NCBI GenBank assembly: GCA_040954595.2
Contig: CM082595.2
Span: 3,953,943-4,017,942, forward strand
Source of the DNA: Balanoglossus misakiensis
Lineage: Eukaryota; Animalia; Hemichordata
DNA length: 64,000 nt
Reading direction: 5' to 3'
Shown: piece after piece, positions 60,729 to 64,000 of the stretch
Layout: every line of letters begins with the position of its first letter
How positions within the stretch are numbered: the first letter of the stretch is position 1
Made by a program: the position numbers and the translations under genes
Notes under the pieces: generated by a model
Told to the model about the DNA's origin: nothing
Database searches by the model: none
Seen by the model: the letters and a program-made list of their open reading frames with translations, nothing else

Positions 60729-62798
60729 CTATTCTGGCACATTGTCTAAAGAATAACGTGACTTCAACTTTTGCTTGTCTGTTTTTTTCTCTTTATCGCC
60801 TGTCTTCTCAACTGGTTTCGGAACGAGACCAGAGTCAAACATGTCTTGGAAGTGTGGTGCGTTATCCTGTCTTCGTGAACCTGAAGAAGCTGTAATTGAT
60901 GTGGGGGACCCCTTTTCTGTTTTAAAGGCGGGGCCATGAGCCTTGTGGTGGGATCGTGTCTTCGTTGTGTCATTAGAATCGGAACGGGAACTGGTCCTGG
61001 TCTTTTCTTGAGTCCGTGACTGCTCTGAAGACCTGGAAGCACCGGCAGAATCGTGACTTTCCATCGATGGACGGTGGGTGGTGGAGCTCCGGGAACCAGA
61101 ATTTCCTGGCGTTCGTGTTACGCTGTCAGTGCGATAGCCAGTATCGAGGTCTTGCACATATTTTTCCATTTCGTGTAACAAGCCATCCGGACTGTAGGCA
61201 CCGGATTCACCTCTAGACACCTGGGAATGATCGGAGTCATCTTGGTAGGATGTCGAATTTGCTTTCCTATGGCCACTGTGACTACCTAGCTGAACATAAC
61301 CCGACCTACAGCGATCACCGCCTGAACTGAAGAATCCGTCACAATATGCTGATGGCGAAAATGAAGTGGGATCTCTCTTATCCTGATTATGGCGAGCCAT
61401 TTCTGCTGCACCGTCTGACCGAGCCAAACTCGTCTTGGATTTCCTGCTTTCTTGATATTCCGAAGTTACTTGCTTCTGGTTTCTTATCTTCCCATCCTGA
61501 GATCTTGTTCCATTACTCCTTATGCTTGATGAATGACTCTGGCTCCTCGAGGTTGAAGGGTTCTCTTCAGAATGACTAACTCCTTGCTTATTATCTGGCA
61601 GACGTCTCCTCACTCTAACAATACGGACTTCGTCTTCATCTGAATAACTGTCATAGGTATCCAGGAATTTTCTCAGGGATCCTTTATAAACGATGCGTTC
61701 TCTACTCCCCGAGAGGGAGGAATCATCTTCTTGTGTCATCGCTTTATCACTCCGACTTCCTCTTCTGTGAGAGTCATCATCGGTATACTCACTACGTGGG
61801 TACGAATACCTTTCACTTTGCACTAAAGACCGAGACTCACTACTTGTATCTCTGATCCGGATAGTCTCACCAGATTTACTTCCAGATGATCTCCGGGCAG
61901 TTGCTTGGCAGCCTTTCCGGGACTGCTTTTCACCTTGGCTGATGGCTCGCAAGTATTCCTTGCTGCCTACCTGTAATTGGTGCAGTGCCTCTGCTGCTGT
62001 GGGTCTTGACGCTGGATTGCTCTTCACCATGGAAAGCATGACCTCTTCGAGAGTGGGGCACTCACACAGCTTAGGAGGAACCAACAAGTATACACTGTCG
62101 TTCTGCCGCAGAGCATCGCAGAGAATCTGTGCTCTGTCGGTTTTCCGGCACACTGCGTAGTACACGAGTTTACCGTTCTTGGCCGTGTTGGTCAACAGCG
62201 CCAGATCCACCACCCCGAGGGAGAACATGTCCGCCTTCTTGTCGTACCGCTGATCCAGAACCTCCGGCGCCATGAACGTGGCCGACCCGCACACGTGGCT
62301 CAGGTAGTCCTCGCCGCTCAGCGACTCGTGAACGGTGGCCAGACCGAAATCGGACAGCTTCACCCGGATGTCCCCCGCCCTCTTGTCCACCAGGATGTTG
62401 TCCGGTTTGATGTCGCGGTGCACGATGTCGCGCTCGTGCAGGTACGCCACGCCCTGGGACATCTGCGACATGACCTCCAGCTTCCACGGGGTGTCCAGCA
62501 GCCGGCCGCCCCGGACCATGTAATCGTTGAGCGTGCCCTCCGCGCAGAACTCCATCACCATCCACACGTCCAGGTACTCGCTCCGCATCTCTGTGCAGAC
62601 GGTGATCATCCGCACGATGTTATCATGATGCAGATTGGCCATGGTGCACGCTTCTTTGAAAGCTTTGTCGGCCGTCCTAGACGACAGACATCTCAGTTTC
62701 TTACCAGCGAACGTCTTTTCGGTCTGTCGGTCTCTCAGTAGATAAACCTCCCCATATCGACCAGATCCCAAAGAGTGCATTCTTTTATATTTCTCCAT
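60729..62798 (-). CDS. STK35/PDIK1L-like Ser/Thr kinase (copy D), 689 aa, intronless CDS, Ser/Arg-rich disordered tail
   Basis: Motifs GSGRYG, FAGKK, WMVMEFC, HRDIKPDN, DFGLA, CGSATFMAPE and KADMFSLG. Acceptor ctttgtctgcag at ~62890; possible 5'UTR donor AAG|GTACGT at ~63320-63328. Confidence 0.94.
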   Translation of the reverse strand: MEKYKRMHSLGSGRYGEVYLLRDRQTEKTFAGKKLRCLSSRTADKAFKEACTMANLHHDNIVRMITVCTEMRSEYLDVWMVMEFCAEGTLNDYMVRGGRLLDTPWKLEVMSQMSQGVAYLHERDIVHRDIKPDNILVDKRAGDIRVKLSDFGLATVHESLSGEDYLSHVCGSATFMAPEVLDQRYDKKADMFSLGVVDLALLTNTAKNGKLVYYAVCRKTDRAQILCDALRQNDSVYLLVPPKLCECPTLEEVMLSMVKSNPASRPTAAEALHQLQVGSKEYLRAISQGEKQSRKGCQATARRSSGSKSGETIRIRDTSSESRSLVQSERYSYPRSEYTDDDSHRRGSRSDKAMTQEDDSSLSGSRERIVYKGSLRKFLDTYDSYSDEDEVRIVRVRRRLPDNKQGVSHSEENPSTSRSQSHSSSIRSNGTRSQDGKIRNQKQVTSEYQESRKSKTSLARSDGAAEMARHNQDKRDPTSFSPSAYCDGFFSSGGDRCRSGYVQLGSHSGHRKANSTSYQDDSDHSQVSRGESGAYSPDGLLHEMEKYVQDLDTGYRTDSVTRTPGNSGSRSSTTHRPSMESHDSAGASRSSEQSRTQEKTRTSSRSDSNDTTKTRSHHKAHGPAFKTEKGSPTSITASSGSRRQDNAPHFQDMFDSGLVPKPVEKTGDKEKKTDKQKLKSRYSLDNVPE

Positions 62799-64000
62799 GA
62801 CGGCTTCTACCAAGTTTGATTTTCTTCCCAGTTCTTGAAACTTGTCACAGGTTCTCTTTTTATCTCTTTCAAATACACCTCAGCTACAGCTGCAGACAAA
62901 GTTTAACCAAGAGAGATTTCAATAAAAAACAGCGAGCCGTTGTAAAGAAACCTTCCTATCACCGAACTTTTCTAAAATTTATCAACTGAGACCAGGCCTA
63001 TAATGTAGCATTTGGGCAAATTGTATTTACCAATAAATGGGTGCCACACTCATATATTAAGCCTCCCATTGCAAGAGTACACAGCGATCGTTTTATGCGC
63101 ACATATACGAGAACACTGACTCACACTGATAGAACCTACGTGATCTTTGCATGCCTTAGCTCTGTTAACAAAGTTTTACACAAGTCAGCTCTGCGAGACA
63201 AGTAACTTGAAACACAGTCCTTCCGTCAGATAGAGGGACTGTGCTTGAGAGACAAGGACACAAATTTGGTGGGGTGTAGGCACTGCAAATCAATTCGCCA
63301 CCTACACACATGTACATGTACGTACCTTTCAAAGCCGAGATGATGATATGGTGTTTTTACAGAGAAGCAACATACCACAGAATGAAAAAAGTCAACCACT
63401 AGACTGCATTGGTGTCACTATTTCTGTGTTCAAACTTAAATGCCGGGAATTTTCGTCAATTACTCGGAAAGACGCTGATGCAAGCACTTCCTCACTGACG
63501 AAACTTTAGGTCTAAAACACGGGCAGAGTGCCAGGTGGAAATACCCGTTTGCCGGAACAATACCCAAGCTATCAATAAATACTGTTGGCAAGAAACGTAT
63601 GCCAAAACAATGCTGACAAGTCATGCAGAGCTCGGTACACTATTGGACAAGTTGACACCCTGGTGACCTGAACTTAAGTATGCATTACATTGTCACCAAG
63701 CACTACTGCTGCAACAATGACAATTTATAACCACCACCTTCCGTCTTCCGACCCCCTTCCGTGAACAATGGACAATAGAAAAAAAGACAAGGCAGCGAGG
63801 GTGACCAAAATACATGATGGGACACTTTCGTTGCTCAAAACAAAAAGCAAGCGTGTTAGTTCCTCTTTGTATGTCAATATGCCATACATGTCTGTAAAAA
63901 AAACGTCAAATTTTTACTCATTTTTCACTACATGTATGCTGATGCATATTATCTTTTTATTTATGGAAAATATACACGATAATGTCAGGAAATTTCATTT

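Overview
Eukaryotic genomic DNA, not prokaryotic: spliceosomal GT-AG introns, microsatellites, MITEs and an intron-containing tRNA. The gene content and repeat style suggest a marine invertebrate deuterostome such as a hemichordate or cephalochordate (inference). Left to right: (1) a CpG-rich, gene-poor ~22 kb region containing the first coding exon of an unidentified secreted protein (- strand, 11020-11190); (2) a six-coding-exon, 181-aa four-TM membrane protein gene (- strand, 23620-25155) missed by the ORF track; (3) tRNA-Arg(TCT) with an 11-nt intron; (4) the last 20 coding exons of mTOR (- strand, 27276-33844; end of FAT, FRB, kinase, FATC). I found no further mTOR exon between 33845 and the window end, so the remaining >30 kb appears to be one giant mTOR intron. 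It hosts an antisense Toll-like receptor with an intronless CDS and a same-strand array of four STK35/PDIK1L-like Ser/Thr kinase genes with intronless CDSs and disordered tails of three unrelated types. Two of the kinase genes come from a ~6-7 kb tandem duplication. One copy is decaying: catalytic Lys->Met, DFG->DCG, a palindromic transposon insertion, loss of the putative core promoter and CpG decay. A candidate structured RNA and an unidentified coding relic also lie in this intron.
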